The notes: generated by a model from the sequence alone, not told the origin. A DNA stretch of 64,000 nucleotides from Eledone cirrhosa (GCA_964016885.1 OZ024743.1:366048001-366112000); one strand, 5' to 3'; shown: positions 26,286-39,188, counted from the first letter of the stretch. Program-made: numbers and translations.

Positions 26286-29009
26286 TCGAAATATAATACG
26301 TGAATGTAATAGGTAAAATCCATGGGGCTGAAAATCGAGACCCGAGGGCGACCGCTATTCTGTTCCTTCAACCTCAGCCGGTCGCCCTGGAGTGACGTGG
26401 CTAAATTTTATAGTATGCTACTACCGGTCAGATGAACGAAAACAGAAAGAGATGGGAGCATAGGTTAACGTCGATCCCATGACACAAGGTAAAAGAAAGA
26501 AAGAAAGGAAGGAGAAGAAGGGGGAAGAAAGAAGAAGAGAAGTCAGGGTTAATGTCAGCTAAAAGAGGAAGGTAACTACTACTGGTCAGATATAGGCAAG
26601 CAAGAGGGGGAAGGAAGATAAGTCTGCAGAGAAGTAGAAAAGTAAGGGTTGATGGCTACAAGAAGGAAGATAGAAAGGAAGAGGAAGAAAGGTCGATATT
26701 AATGTCAGACCACAGTCAAGCCAGGAGTGGCGCGAGAAAATTTTCACAGGGACCCGCATCTTAGCGGAGATGGATATATTGGGAGTCAGTGTTTTACAGT
26801 GTTTAGACTTCTAGGATGAAGTTAAAAAAATTTAATAATCAATATTCAATATTAAAGAGGTTAGAAAATTTAAAGTTCAACAGTTTAACAATTAATTATA
26901 TAATAGTTCCGATTTGTTCTGTAATTTAAAGGTACTATTTGGCGGTTAAAACAACGGCCGCGCCCCGGGCCCCATGGCGAATTAAGCCACGCCGAGTATT
27001 TTCATTTACTGAAAGAAGGGGAAATTTATTTTTCCAAGCACTCTAGGTGAGCTCGTTCGCCACGGAGCTGGTCGCGCCGCCATTAAAACCCACCCAACAG
27101 TCCGACAGAAAGTTGGAACTTTAAAATTTATCTTAGAGAAGTAAAAGAGTAATGGTTGATAGCTACAAGAAGGAAGATAGAAAGAGAGAGGAAGGAAGGT
27201 CGATATTAATGTCACACCACAGTCGGGCCAGGAGTGGCGCGACAAAATTTTCACAGGGACTCGCATCTTAGCAGAGGTGAATATATTGGGGGTCAGTGTG
27301 TTACAATGTTTAGACTTATAGGATGAAGTTAAAAAATTAATAAATTAATAATCAATATTCCATATTAAAGAGGTTAGAAAACTTAAAGCTCAACAGTTTC
27401 AGGTTGATATATATAATAGTTCCGATTTGTTCTGTAATTTAAAGGTACTATTTGGCGGTTAAAACACCGGCCGCGCCCCAGGCCCCATGGCTAATTAAGC
27501 CACGCCGAGTATTTTCATTTACTGAAAGAAGGGGAATTTATTTTTCCAAGCACTCCAGGTGAGCCCGTTCGCCAGGGAGCTGGTCGCGCCGCCGCTAAAA
27601 CCCACCCAACGGTCCGACAGAAAGTTGGAACTTTAGAATTTTGCTTAACTCTATCGGATGAAGTTGAAAGAATTCAGAATAACATTATGAAACTCAGGAG
27701 TAAGAGGATTGAGAATTGAACAAACAGAAAATTGAAGATTAGACATTCAAATAACTTCTATGAGGTTTTGGGTTGCGGGGTTTAATTAAATAGTCTTTTA
27801 TGAAGAAACGTTAATTGTATTATGTAGATCTGTAATTTATCCTAGTGCGATGTAGAGTACGGGATATAGTCGTGTAATGTTTAATTTTGTTCTCAGGAGG
27901 AGACATTCTAGTGTCGTGTGCTAATGGGTACAGGTCCCAATGTGAGGAGTAGAAATACATGGATACATAGAAGTGGAATACGTGGAAGAGCCAATGGGTA
28001 CAGGTCCCAATGTGAGGGGTAGAAATACATGGATACATAGAAGTGGAATACGTGGAAGAGCACATTGGTACAGCAGAGGTATAAATATATAAACATATCA
28101 ATATATAGGTATAAACATGTAAATAAACCAACAAGAGTGGTGTTGGAGTAAGATGGAGAAATCAGGACATTAATACAGCAAACAAAGATGTGAAGAAACA
28201 ATAGTCGTTGTCTAGTAAATGTAGAGTTCAAGAGACAGGAGAAATACAATATAGTTCGGGTTGCGGTATTTATGTTCCCAGGGGGAAATATTCCAGTGAC
28301 GTGTGCTGAGGGTACACGCGAGTAAAAGTCCGAATAAGGGAAGTAGAAAGTACATGGATGTATAGAGGTAGAATACGTGGAGGAGCATTAATACAGCAAA
28401 TAAAGATGTAAATTTTGAATATTGATTATTAAATTTTTTTAACTTCATCCTAGAAGTCTAAACACTGTAAAACACTGACTCCCAATATATCCATCTCCGC
28501 TAAGATGCGGGTCCCTGTGAAAATTTTCTCGCGTCACTCCTGGCTTGACTGTGGTCTGACATTAATATCGACCTTTCTTCCTCTTCCTTTCTATCTTCCT
28601 TCTTGTAGCCATCAACCCTTACTTTTCTACTTCTCTCTTCCCTTCCTTCTCTCCTCTCCTCCTCCCTGCAGACTTATCTTCCTTCCCCCTCTTGCTTGCC
28701 TATATCTGACCAGTAGTAGTTACCTTCCTCTTTTAGCTGACATTAACCCTGACTTCTCTTCTTCTTTCTTCCCCCTTCTTCTCCTTCCTTTCTTTCTTTC
28801 TTTTACCTTGTGTCATGGGATCGACGTTAACCTATGCTCCCATCTCTTTCTGTTTTCGTTCATCTGACCGGTAGTAGCATACTATAAAATTTAGCCACGT
28901 CACTCCAGGGCGACCGGCTGAGGTTGAAGGAACAGAATAGCGGTCGCCCTCGGGTCTCGATTTTCAGCCCCATGGATTTTACCTATTACATTCACGTATT
29001 ATATTTCGA

Positions 29010-29067
29010 ATACCTGATGATATCACCGGATTCATACGGAACCCGGTCATTGAAATGATCATAGTAT
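29010..29067 (+). ncRNA. Type I hammerhead ribozyme motif (canonical core)
   Basis: AUAC-CUGAUGA-UAUcACCGG..CCGGUcAUU-GAAA-UGAUCA-UA^-GUAU, then AAUAAA; palindromic stem III AUGAUCAU. Confidence 0.85.
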
Positions 29068-29113
29068 AATAAACCTTTCAAGGATTTACACAAATCCAGC
29101 CTCCTGTCATTTC

Positions 29114-29182
<69 letters not shown>

Positions 29183-29188
<6 letters not shown>

Positions 29189-29530
29189 ATACTTTGGGAG
29201 GGTCATGTTGCCAATAAGAAACACACGCACCAGTTGCTTTCACTTCAATTTATTATAAATTAAATTTAGAAATTTAGAAATTTATAAATTTCCGGTTGAT
29301 TGGTTGGTTCCACAACCAGATGATTGTTCATATATTGTCAAAGTTCTTTCGTCACACATTCTGTGACCTCTTCAGTGATTGGGGATTCTTTTCTTTGTTT
29401 TTGTGCCTCTCCTTTGTTCTGTCCTACGCCATCTTGTTTTTGGCAACATGACCCTCCCAAAGTATAACAATATCGGTTTCAACACACGTTTTCAGATAAA
29501 GAATCTTGCTAAACAAATTCAGAAACGAAA
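29183..29530. mobile_element. pLTR fragments of the 34.5-36.4 kb PLE family (inverted piece + direct terminus)
   Basis: Matches 34551-34815 and 36358-36450; hammerhead-like motif on the minus strand at 29338-29380. Confidence 0.8.
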
Positions 29531-29743
29531 TATATATATATATATATATATATAAATCAGGATAGAACCAGTTTAAAAGTAGTTAGACAATGATTCAACA
29601 GAGACCCACTGTAGTATTTTGGGGCCGATACTTTGCTTCAAAAGGTATCTTTGAAAAATGTCTTAGAGAAAGAATAACCTTTTTTTTTTAAATAAAAAAA
29701 ATAAGCAAATCATTTGGTCAAACAATTCCCTAAGGAATTAATA

Positions 29744-30099
<356 letters not shown>

Positions 30100-30109
30100 C
30101 TCGCAAAAC

Positions 30110-30218
<109 letters not shown>

Positions 30219-30696
30219 AATATAAATTTACCGAGAATCGCATTTCGGTGGGTAGAAATTAACGAAACGCAACTTCCGTATTGTGCAGACAAGCGCTCCA
30301 TGGATATACCAGAGCTATAAACATAAGTTAAAAAGGTCATACAAACTGAGACGATGGTTGAGAAGCCATTAACCACCAGAGCCAAAAAAGCGAACAAGCT
30401 AAACGGGTCAAACAAAATAAGATATGATTGAAATAGTTACCTGGACCCTTCGGGGAAGATGGAATACTCCGAAATTGGGTTTCTGCAACACCTAAATCAA
30501 TAATACTGTCTGCTTATAAAAAACAACCTTTTGGTATAATGATCGAACAAGGCATCGCTTTCTCAACAGGCATTTTGTTCTTCGTGGGCCAGAATCTCAC
30601 AGGTTATGAAAGCACGTGAGGTTCTAAGGGGAGATAACCCCTATTTTGGCCAGTGAATTCAGCGTGTGTAGTTATTGCAAAAATTTGCAAAAATAG

Positions 30697-30747
<51 letters not shown>

Positions 30748-30804
30748 TTTTTATATATATATATATATATATGGTTTTTCCACAGACCCTCCATCTCAAC
30801 TCTA

Positions 30805-30840
30805 CTTTTGAAAAGCAGAAGAACTGCGAAACCGGTAAAG
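30805..30840 (+). ncRNA. Very small hammerhead motif, U3-A8 core variant
   Basis: CUU-UUGAAAA-GCAG aagaa CUGC-GAAA-CCGG-UA^-AAG, then AAUAAA, inside a (TA)n-bounded module (30775-30980). Confidence 0.65.
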
Positions 30841-30973
30841 GAACCAAATAAATATATATATATTTTTTTTAAATAAGACTCCAGTTGCATTTTCGATTTC
30901 ATCTTTTTTTCTTCATACTTTCACTCGTGTAGGACACCTCGGTTATTTTTCATTTTGTAAAAAAAAACCTCAC

Positions 30974-31002
<29 letters not shown>

Positions 31003-31006
<4 letters not shown>

Positions 31007-31823
31007 GAAAGGATAAAAAGGACGATTGATTATTCCTTCATTGCATTTATTGATAGGTGACGCACGTTTCGCCACTGATCAGCTCAAGGTTCGATCTATA
31101 TCGATCTTACCCGACTCAATAATCCGCAGCTCGACGGACCTTCCTGAAATGCTATAAGAAAATGAAATACATGCTATGTGATAAAGTCAGATATTCAAGA
31201 GTTTGACAAAATGAGTTGTTTTGATTGGTGGGAAGGGTCAAGGCGATGTACTGGCCTGTAGTGTATATGGGGGTGGGTGTGATGGTGAGATGTTGGTGAC
31301 GATGGGTGGATGAGATGGGCTGTGGTGTGTTGGTGGTTGATTGGCCTTGGCGTGTAGGGTATGTGTGGGTGAGGATGTCATGATATGGTAGTGGTTATGG
31401 TTGCTAAGTGGGATAGGCTGTGGTATGGGGTTAGTGTGTTGTCAGTAGACGGGTTGGCGTGTGTGTGGGGGTGTGGTATTGGTGCCGCTGTCTATGGTAG
31501 TGGCGTTTGTGGTGGTGTGGCGGATGTATTGGTGGCGTCAAGGTCATTACCCAGATACATAGCTAGTCGGTCATCGTCTGGCAGGTGCTTTGTATATACC
31601 TATACGCACACTGAGTCGGGTAAGATCGATATAGATCGAACCTTGAGCTGATCAGTGGCGAAACGCACGTCACCTACCAATAAATGTAATGAAGGAGTAA
31701 CCAATGACCTTGTTATCCTTTCTATATATTACTCTGTATAGCTCTACACCTCAACACAGAAGTGAACCTAGACATCGAGTGCTCTCCCGGGTGAACCTGC
31801 GGTAACTCCTAGTTACACCCCCT

Positions 31824-31826
<3 letters not shown>
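31003..31826. mobile_element. (TA)n-bounded PLE-type fragment with ~115-bp inverted arms
   Basis: 31003-31118 is inverted at 31612-31726. Each arm has GAAA-CGYRCG-UC followed by AAUAAA (3' half of a hammerhead); no intact CUGANGA was found. Confidence 0.65.
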
Positions 31827-31892
<66 letters not shown>

Positions 31893-31900
31893 TGTATATG

Positions 31901-32091
<191 letters not shown>

Positions 32092-32132
32092 CGCGTGTGT
32101 GTGTGTGTGTGAAGGCGTATGGCTGACTGGTT

Positions 32133-32216
32133 AGATGGCTATTAGAAATAGCAGTTCACATTGATATATATATATAAATATATATCAATGTGAACTGCTA
32201 TTTCTAATAGCCATCT
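32133..32216. repeat. Palindrome centred on a (TA) tract
   Basis: agatggctattagaaatagcagttcacattga-(TA)n-tcaatgtgaactgctatttctaatagccatct. Confidence 0.95.
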
Positions 32217-32461
32217 TTTCACCCCTCGATAATGTGTGTGTGTGAGACACGTTGGCTGAGGGCTTCTGACAGGAACTAAAAGATTGATTCTTTTTAGCTT
32301 CCCGGCCCCACGTAAAATGTATAAATCAGTGGCTAGTTGAGAGATAGAGTCCTATCGGTTGCCAGTTAATCACTTTACCGTGTCGGTTGTCACAAACAGT
32401 CATGACCGGCACAGGCCGGTGTTTGGATTATGTCAATCGATTGGTTATTGATTAGGCGATA

Positions 32462-32571
32462 CCCGCTGATGAAGCAGCATAAGCCGATTGTGCATTGTTG
32501 CATAATATATGCAGACAGATGGTGCAGTGCACCTTACTGCTGCATTAGTGCTGCAGAAACTCGAGTCCGGG
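32462..32571 (+). ncRNA. Type I hammerhead ribozyme motif with extended stem II
   Basis: CCCG-CUGAUGA-aGCAGCAU..GUGCUGCa-GAAA-CUCGAG-UC^-CGGG; GUC cleavage triplet, palindromic stem III. Confidence 0.85.
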
Positions 32572-32721
32572 AACTTTATAGGCACCCGATTTACGTGTGT
32601 TGTGTTGAGGCAAATAACTATGTGTATACTCTGGTAATGTATCTTACATTGCCCATTGAGTGCGCTGAGATACATCCGGTACTGGCATTGATAAATATGC
32701 TGGGTCGTCAACCCTTATTAT

Positions 32722-33123
<402 letters not shown>

Positions 33124-33325
33124 CACATACACACGAGCGGCTGGCCGAATAATTTTTGATATCATTGGTTTAAAGACGTATGTAAAATCAATTAGTGGTC
33201 AGTTCTTCAGTCTAAAGTCCCTAGGGAGAATGAGTCGCCAAATAAATTTTGTACAAGTTGAAAACATGTATGTATACATATATATAAATCTATATATACA
33301 CATGTACACGCATACAAACACTCCC

Positions 33326-33385
<60 letters not shown>

Positions 33386-33395
33386 CGACAGTCGA

Positions 33396-33435
<40 letters not shown>

Positions 33436-33639
33436 AATATGATAATAATGGAGCTGCGGCGTTGCAAATGGGATACATATGAAAAAGTGAGTCCTTCATC
33501 AGTGACCCTCCAACCGTCCTGGGCATTTCATCGCTTTAAGGGCCATATGCCTCGGGTTGGTGCGAACAACGTTTTTCTCTCTCTCTTTCGTCTGCGACTT
33601 CACAAAACTTACGTTTACTGAATTCGTAGAACAGACCCC

Positions 33640-33755
33640 TTCTTCTTCTTCTTCTTCTTCTTCTTCTTCTTCTTCTTCTTCTTCTTCTTCTTCTTCTTCT
33701 TCTTCTTCTTCTTCTTCTTCTTCTTCTTCTTCTTCTTCTTCTTCGTCTTCTTCTT
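33640..33755. repeat. (TTC)n microsatellite
   Basis: Directly visible. Confidence 0.98.
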
Positions 33756-35091
33756 CTCTCCTTTTTCTCTCTCTCCTTTTTCCCCCCCGTCAAACTTGGG
33801 CGAAATTCTTTCCTTGCTCACATTTCAACCAGGTTTGATGGTCTTTTGTCTCTTGTTCACGATTTCACAGAGTTTATATTCATAGAGATCTGGGACTTGT
33901 CTATTTCTACTCACTTTCCGTTGCTAAAACTTTTTTGTTGTTACTCTGGCGTCCCCCTTTATTTACGTGTCCCAACGACTTTTTTTAGCCGTTGTTCGCA
34001 CCAACCCGAGGCATATGGCCCTTAAAGCGATGAAATGCCCAGGACGGTTGGAGGGTCACTGATGAAGGACTCACTTTTTCATATATATATATATATATAT
34101 ATATCATAAAGTATGTCCATAGAATCCTTTGATAAAATATATACACCATTTCCTCTCCCAATTAGCATAATTAACCACATAAAAAATCAATTAGACCAGG
34201 CTATAAGAATAATTTGAAGAAATATTTGATAAATAAACGACAGCAGCCGACCGCCATAGAGAATTTTACCCAACATTTCAACAGCATGTGGGAATCGACT
34301 AAATATACCGTCAACCATACACAATTAGGTATAAAATTAGAGTTAGAAGAAATGCGTACACTCTTACCAGGATATATACATATATGTATATATGTATATA
34401 TGTAAATTTATAAATTTATAAATATATAATAAATTGAAGTGAAAGCAACTGGTGCGTGTGTTTCTTATTGGCAACATGACCCTCCCAAAGTATAACAATA
34501 TATATATATATATATATACATATATGTATATATGTATATATATATATATATATTGTTATACTTTGGGAGGGTCATGTTGCCAATAAGAAACACACGCACC
34601 AGTTGCTTTCACTTCAATTTATTATATATTTATAAATTTATAAATTTACAAATCTACAAACTTATAAATTTCTGGTTGGTTGGTTGGTTCCACAACCAGA
34701 TAGTTGTTTATATATATAGTCATAGTCCTTTCGTCACACACTCTGTGACCTCTTCAGTGACTGGGGATTCCTTTCTTCGTTTCTGTGCCTTTTCTTTCTT
34801 CTATCCTACGCCATTTTGTTTCTGTGTGTGTGTTGTGTGCTCAGTTTGCGCATGTGCCACATCCGGGTGTCTGTGTGTGTTTGTGTTCATTTTTCTATTT
34901 GTTTATTTATTTATTGTTGGTTGGTTGTTTGTTCTATGTGTGTGTGTGTTTTCATTTTGTCCTGTGTGTGTTTTCATTTTGTGTGTGTTTTCAATTGTAA
35001 GTTGTTTGTTCTATGTGTGTGTGTGTTTTCATTTTGTCCTTAATTGTAAGTTGTGATGTTGCTGTTCCACTCATATTTTCTATTTAATTTT

Positions 35092-35904
35092 GTACGGGTG
35101 ATGAGAAATGTGTCCTGCATGTGCAACCCCGAAGAACTAGAGAGACACATACAACACTTCATCCACCGTATGCAGTTCTCTGGCTACAATCAGAGAGATA
35201 GAATCAGAGTGTATAAAGGAGCCAGAACCAAATGGGAAAAAATGGTAAATAATGACATAAATGGGACCTGCCCCTTGTATAGGAGCAAATTTTGGAATAG
35301 AATAGAAAGAACTAGGAACAAGGCCAATAGAATAAACTCATGGTATGATAGCAATAAATACCAGAGTGTAATGTTCATCAATACAACCCCTAGAGGCGAA
35401 CTAGCCTACAAATTTAGAAGGGCCCTAAATAAACATAATCTCAATATTAAGATAGTAGAAAGACCTGGTACCTCCGTAAAAACACTTATTAGCAAGACAT
35501 ACCCGTTCCAAAGACTCTCATGTATAGATAAGAAATGTATAACCTGTAAAATAAGCCCCCATATTAACTGTAAAACTAGAAATGTAGTGTATAGCATAAG
35601 ATGTACTGAAGGACAATGTAGAAACAAAAATATAGTGTACATAGGTGAGACAGCTCGTAGTATAGGGGAACGAATAAATGAACACTGGCGAGACCTCCAA
35701 GATAATAAAGAATCATCTGTGCTCTACCAACATGCTAAGATAGAACACAGGGGTAGATTAGAGAGCATAGAAATAAAAATAGAATCCACGCACAGAAAAG
35801 ACGCAATGTTTAGGCAAATTACAGAGGCAGTAAGCATAAAAGAATTAAAACCAAAATTAAATAGAAAATATGAGTGGAACAGCAACATCACAACTTACAA
35901 TTAA
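35092..35904 (+). CDS. PLE ORF C-terminus with GIY-YIG endonuclease (uninterrupted but 5'-truncated)
   Basis: RMQFSGY, CIDKKCITC..NC, NVVYSIRC..VYIGETARSIGERINEH, RQITEAVSI..LNRKYEW. The first 13 codons of the listed ORF come from the inverted arm. Confidence 0.88.
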   Translation, partial: VRVMRNVSCMCNPEELERHIQHFIHRMQFSGYNQRDRIRVYKGARTKWEKMVNNDINGTCPLYRSKFWNRIERTRNKANRINSWYDSNKYQSVMFINTTPRGELAYKFRRALNKHNLNIKIVERPGTSVKTLISKTYPFQRLSCIDKKCITCKISPHINCKTRNVVYSIRCTEGQCRNKNIVYIGETARSIGERINEHWRDLQDNKESSVLYQHAKIEHRGRLESIEIKIESTHRKDAMFRQITEAVSIKELKPKLNRKYEWNSNITTYN

Positions 35905-36179
35905 GGACAAAATGAAAACACACACACACATAGAACAAACAACTTACAATTGAAAACACACACAAAATGAAAACACACACAGGACAAAATGAAAACACAC
36001 ACACACATAGAACAAACAACCAACCAACAATAAATAAATAAACAAATAGAAAAATGAACACAAACACACAGACACCCGGATGTGGCACATGCGCAAACTG
36101 AGCACACAACACACACACAGAAACAAAATGGCGTAGGATAGAAGAAAGAAAAGGCACAGAAACGAAGGAAGGAATCCCC

Positions 36180-36224
36180 AGTCACTGAAGAGGTCACAGA
36201 GTGTGTGACGAAAGGACTATGACT
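36180..36224 (+). ncRNA. Minimal hammerhead-like motif in the pLTR (inverted copy at 34718-34762)
   Basis: AGUCA-CUGAAGA-gGUCACA gagug UGUGAC-GAAA-GGAC-UA^-UGACU; one extra G before stem II and a weak stem III. Confidence 0.65.
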
Positions 36225-36446
36225 ATATATATAAACAACTATCTGGTTGTGGAACCAACCAACCAACCAGAAATTTATAAGTTTGTAGATTTGTAAATTT
36301 ATAAATTTATAAATATATAATAAATTGAAGTGAAAGCAACTGGTGCGTGTGTTTCTTATTGGCAACATGACCCTCCCAAAGTATAACAATATCGGTTTCA
36401 ACACACGATTTCAGATAAAGAATCTTGCTAAACAAATTCAGAAACG

Positions 36447-36521
<75 letters not shown>

Positions 36522-36644
36522 GTGTGAAAGACCAAAGGTCATTATTGAAAGTCTCTGGATGTGTATATTTCGCAAGGTACTTTATATATATATACATATA
36601 TACAATAAATGTAATCTGAGTTTTTCGAATATTAATAATTTTTT

Positions 36645-36905
36645 TTCTCTACTTTTGGCACAAGGCCAGCAATTACCCAGTGCATTACTACTACTTTATT
36701 TTATCGACCCCGTAAGCATGAAGAGTTTCTACTTTTGGCACAAGGCCAGCGATTACCTCAGTGCACCACTGGTACTTTATTTTATCGACCTCGTAAGGAT
36801 GAAAGGCAAAGTTAACCTCGGCGGATTTGAACTCAGAACGCAAAGGGCCATAACTATGCTTCAAAACATGGCGTCTGACGCTCTACCGATACTGCCAATC
36901 CACCA
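36645..36905 (-). mobile_element. tRNA-derived SINE with duplicated tail
   Basis: Same family; the tail ctacttttggcacaaggccagc..ttatcgacc occurs twice. Confidence 0.8.
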
Positions 36906-37288
36906 TCGAATATTAAAAATAACATTCGATTCGTTTGCAATTATGCAAACAAGCCTCAATTTTATAGCCATGTCAGTAGAATGAACACTTCATTCTTGCT
37001 TTTGTGAATTGCAGACACTAATGTTTCTGGGTATCACCCTTCATCAGTACAGCTCACTGTTCACCTGCCAAATTTTCTTTTTTTTACATATATACATGTA
37101 TATACATATGTATATCGATAGTCATCGACAAGATCTCAGACATCATTCGCTTAAAGCGTGGAGTGGAGCTCGTCAAATCGGATCATTGGTCTTTCCAATT
37201 GCTAATACTATCCAGGAGCAACATGAAATTAAGTGTCTTGTTCATGGACATAACGCATCGCCCGGTCTGGGAATGAGAATCACAAACT

Positions 37289-38134
37289 CGCAGAGAAACT
37301 GTTCGTACGGCTGTTGGCAACACTGTTGTGATTGGTGCTTCCTTCATTCCCAAACAAGCATGCGCGCGCTTCGCTGGGATGCTCAATCTTGGCTTGGCAG
37401 CCGTTGAGAATGGAGCTCCCGTTGAACGCTACCGTCAAGTGCGAAGTTCGCGCAGTTATTCGGTTTTTGAACGCAAAGGGCGTTGAACCGATTGAAATTC
37501 ATCGCCAATTGACGGAAGTGTATGGACAGTCGTGCATGGATATCAGAAACGTTCGCAAGTGGTGTAGAGAGTTTACAGCCGGTCGTACTGAAATTCACGA
37601 CGAACAAAAGAGCGGGAGACCGTCAATTTCTGACGAGACAGTCGCAATTTTTCCGTTAAAATCCTGTGTATGGTGCTTCGGGAAACCTCAGGAACCAAAA
37701 TGCAGAAAGCATCCAGAGTGATCCGCCGATGTTTTCCTCAACCTTTGTGACTGTCTCGTCGAAAATTGACGGTCTCCCGCGCCTTTGTTCGTCGTAAATT
37801 TCAGTAAGCTCTCTACACCACTTGCGAACGTTTCTGACATCCATGCACGACTGTCCATACACTTCCGTCAATTGGCGATGCATTTCAATCGGTTCAACGC
37901 CTTTTGCGTTCAAAAACCGAATAACTGCGCGAACTTCGCACTTGACGGTAGCGTTCAACGGGAGCTCCATTCTCAACGGCTGCCAAGCCAAGATTGAGCA
38001 TCCCAGCGAAGCGCGCGCATGCTTGTTTGGGAGTGAAGGAAGCACCAATCACAACAGTGTTGCCAACAGCCGTACGAACAGTTTCTCTGCGTCCCCATCG
38101 CTTAGGAGACCTTACTTTTGGGATTGCCCTCGTA
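37289..38134. mobile_element. Mariner 5' end duplicated in inverted orientation
   Basis: Both strands encode the N-terminal HTH MELPLNATVKCEVRAVIRFLNAKG..EIHRQLTEVYG..VRKWCREF..SGRPS. One TIR (TACGAGGGCAATCCCAAAAGTAAGG, minus strand) ends at 38134. Confidence 0.9.
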
Positions 38135-38139
38135 TATAA

Positions 38140-38190
<51 letters not shown>

Positions 38191-38193
<3 letters not shown>

Positions 38194-38822
38194 GGTGCGG
38201 ACGATATTTGTTCGCAAGATCACTGTCTAGGAAATTAACACAGTAGTTTTATTTTTTAAGATATATTTATCAAACTTGGGTCAGTTTGTCTTCATGACTT
38301 GTTCTTTCGATATCACTCGATAAACCCGCCATTGGCTTTGATGACGGCCTCAAGGCGGCCTCGGAACCGGCTACAAGCCTTCGTCACTGTCCCTCGACTT
38401 AGGCCCCTAAAGTCACTTGTGATCCTGGCCTTCAGATCGTCTTTCGTATTGCAGCTAGATCTGTTGGTGTCTCGTTCCACTGCGCCCCACACAAAGAAGT
38501 TCAAGGGGGTTGCAGTCAGGAGAGCAGGGAGGCCAGATGTCAGGTGAAGTGTTGTAGACGAAGTTCTCTGATAGCCAGGCTTGGGTCTTTCGGCTGGTAT
38601 GGCAGGGCGCTGAGTCTTGCTACCACACGTACGGCCTACCTGCAGCTACCTGGTCGATCCAGGGCTTTACTACATCGCTCAGAACGCGGATGTAGCCATC
38701 GGTGTTCAGCTTGAGGCCCTCAGGGAAGAAGTGAGGTGGCATGACGTCACCTTGACTGCTGACGACACCTAAGACCAATGTTATCGCTGGAAACTTTGTT
38801 TGCATGACTCTGGGTACATCTT
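38191..38822 (-). mobile_element. maT-type (DD37D) Tc1/mariner transposon, 3' half, inactivated
   Basis: VW*QDSAPCHTS..WPPCSPDCNPL(N)FFVWG..RLEAVIKANGGFIE. There are 37 residues between the second D and the third catalytic position. Terminus TA-CAGGGTG. Confidence 0.85.
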
Positions 38823-38839
38823 TGGATGAGACACCTGAC

Positions 38840-38915
<76 letters not shown>

Positions 38916-39132
38916 GTCAGGTGTCTCCTCCGAAACGTCGTTCCCCACCACCACCCCACTCTCCAGAGCGTGAAATTAATAAACATTCGTTGTACTGCCT
39001 CTCTGTTTTGTTCCTGTTCAAATTTTTCCATTATATATATATATATATATATATATAGCTACAAACCGATTATGCATATACGTTAGCTTGGCCGTATTCT
39101 AAAGCTTCGTCAATGCTGTACTAAAATTTATA

Positions 39133-39188
<56 letters not shown>

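Larger units (their letters stand above)
26032..29118 (-). mobile_element. Non-coding PLE-type insertion with ~680-bp inverted pLTRs, each with a hammerhead
   Basis: 26176-26849 is the reverse complement of 28417-29118. Internal ~507-bp tandem duplication (26629-27135/27136-27645). (TA)n on both sides; no convincing ORF. Confidence 0.8.
34551..36450 (+). mobile_element. 5'-truncated Penelope-like element with an inverted 5' pLTR (~540-bp arms)
   Basis: 34551-35092 is the reverse complement of 35852-36391; GIY-YIG ORF between the arms; (TA)n at both ends. Confidence 0.92.

Noticed and set aside
34064-34135. CUGAUGA plus hairpin as a complete hammerhead (also 24320 and 33495 minus)
   Set aside because: No GAAA follows the stem (AUAGAA instead) and there is no clear stem I/III, so it is not called as a ribozyme.
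34532-36404. Hydrophobic Cys/Val/Phe-rich ORFs flanking the GIY-YIG ORF
   Set aside because: Antisense translations of the AC-rich pLTR arms.
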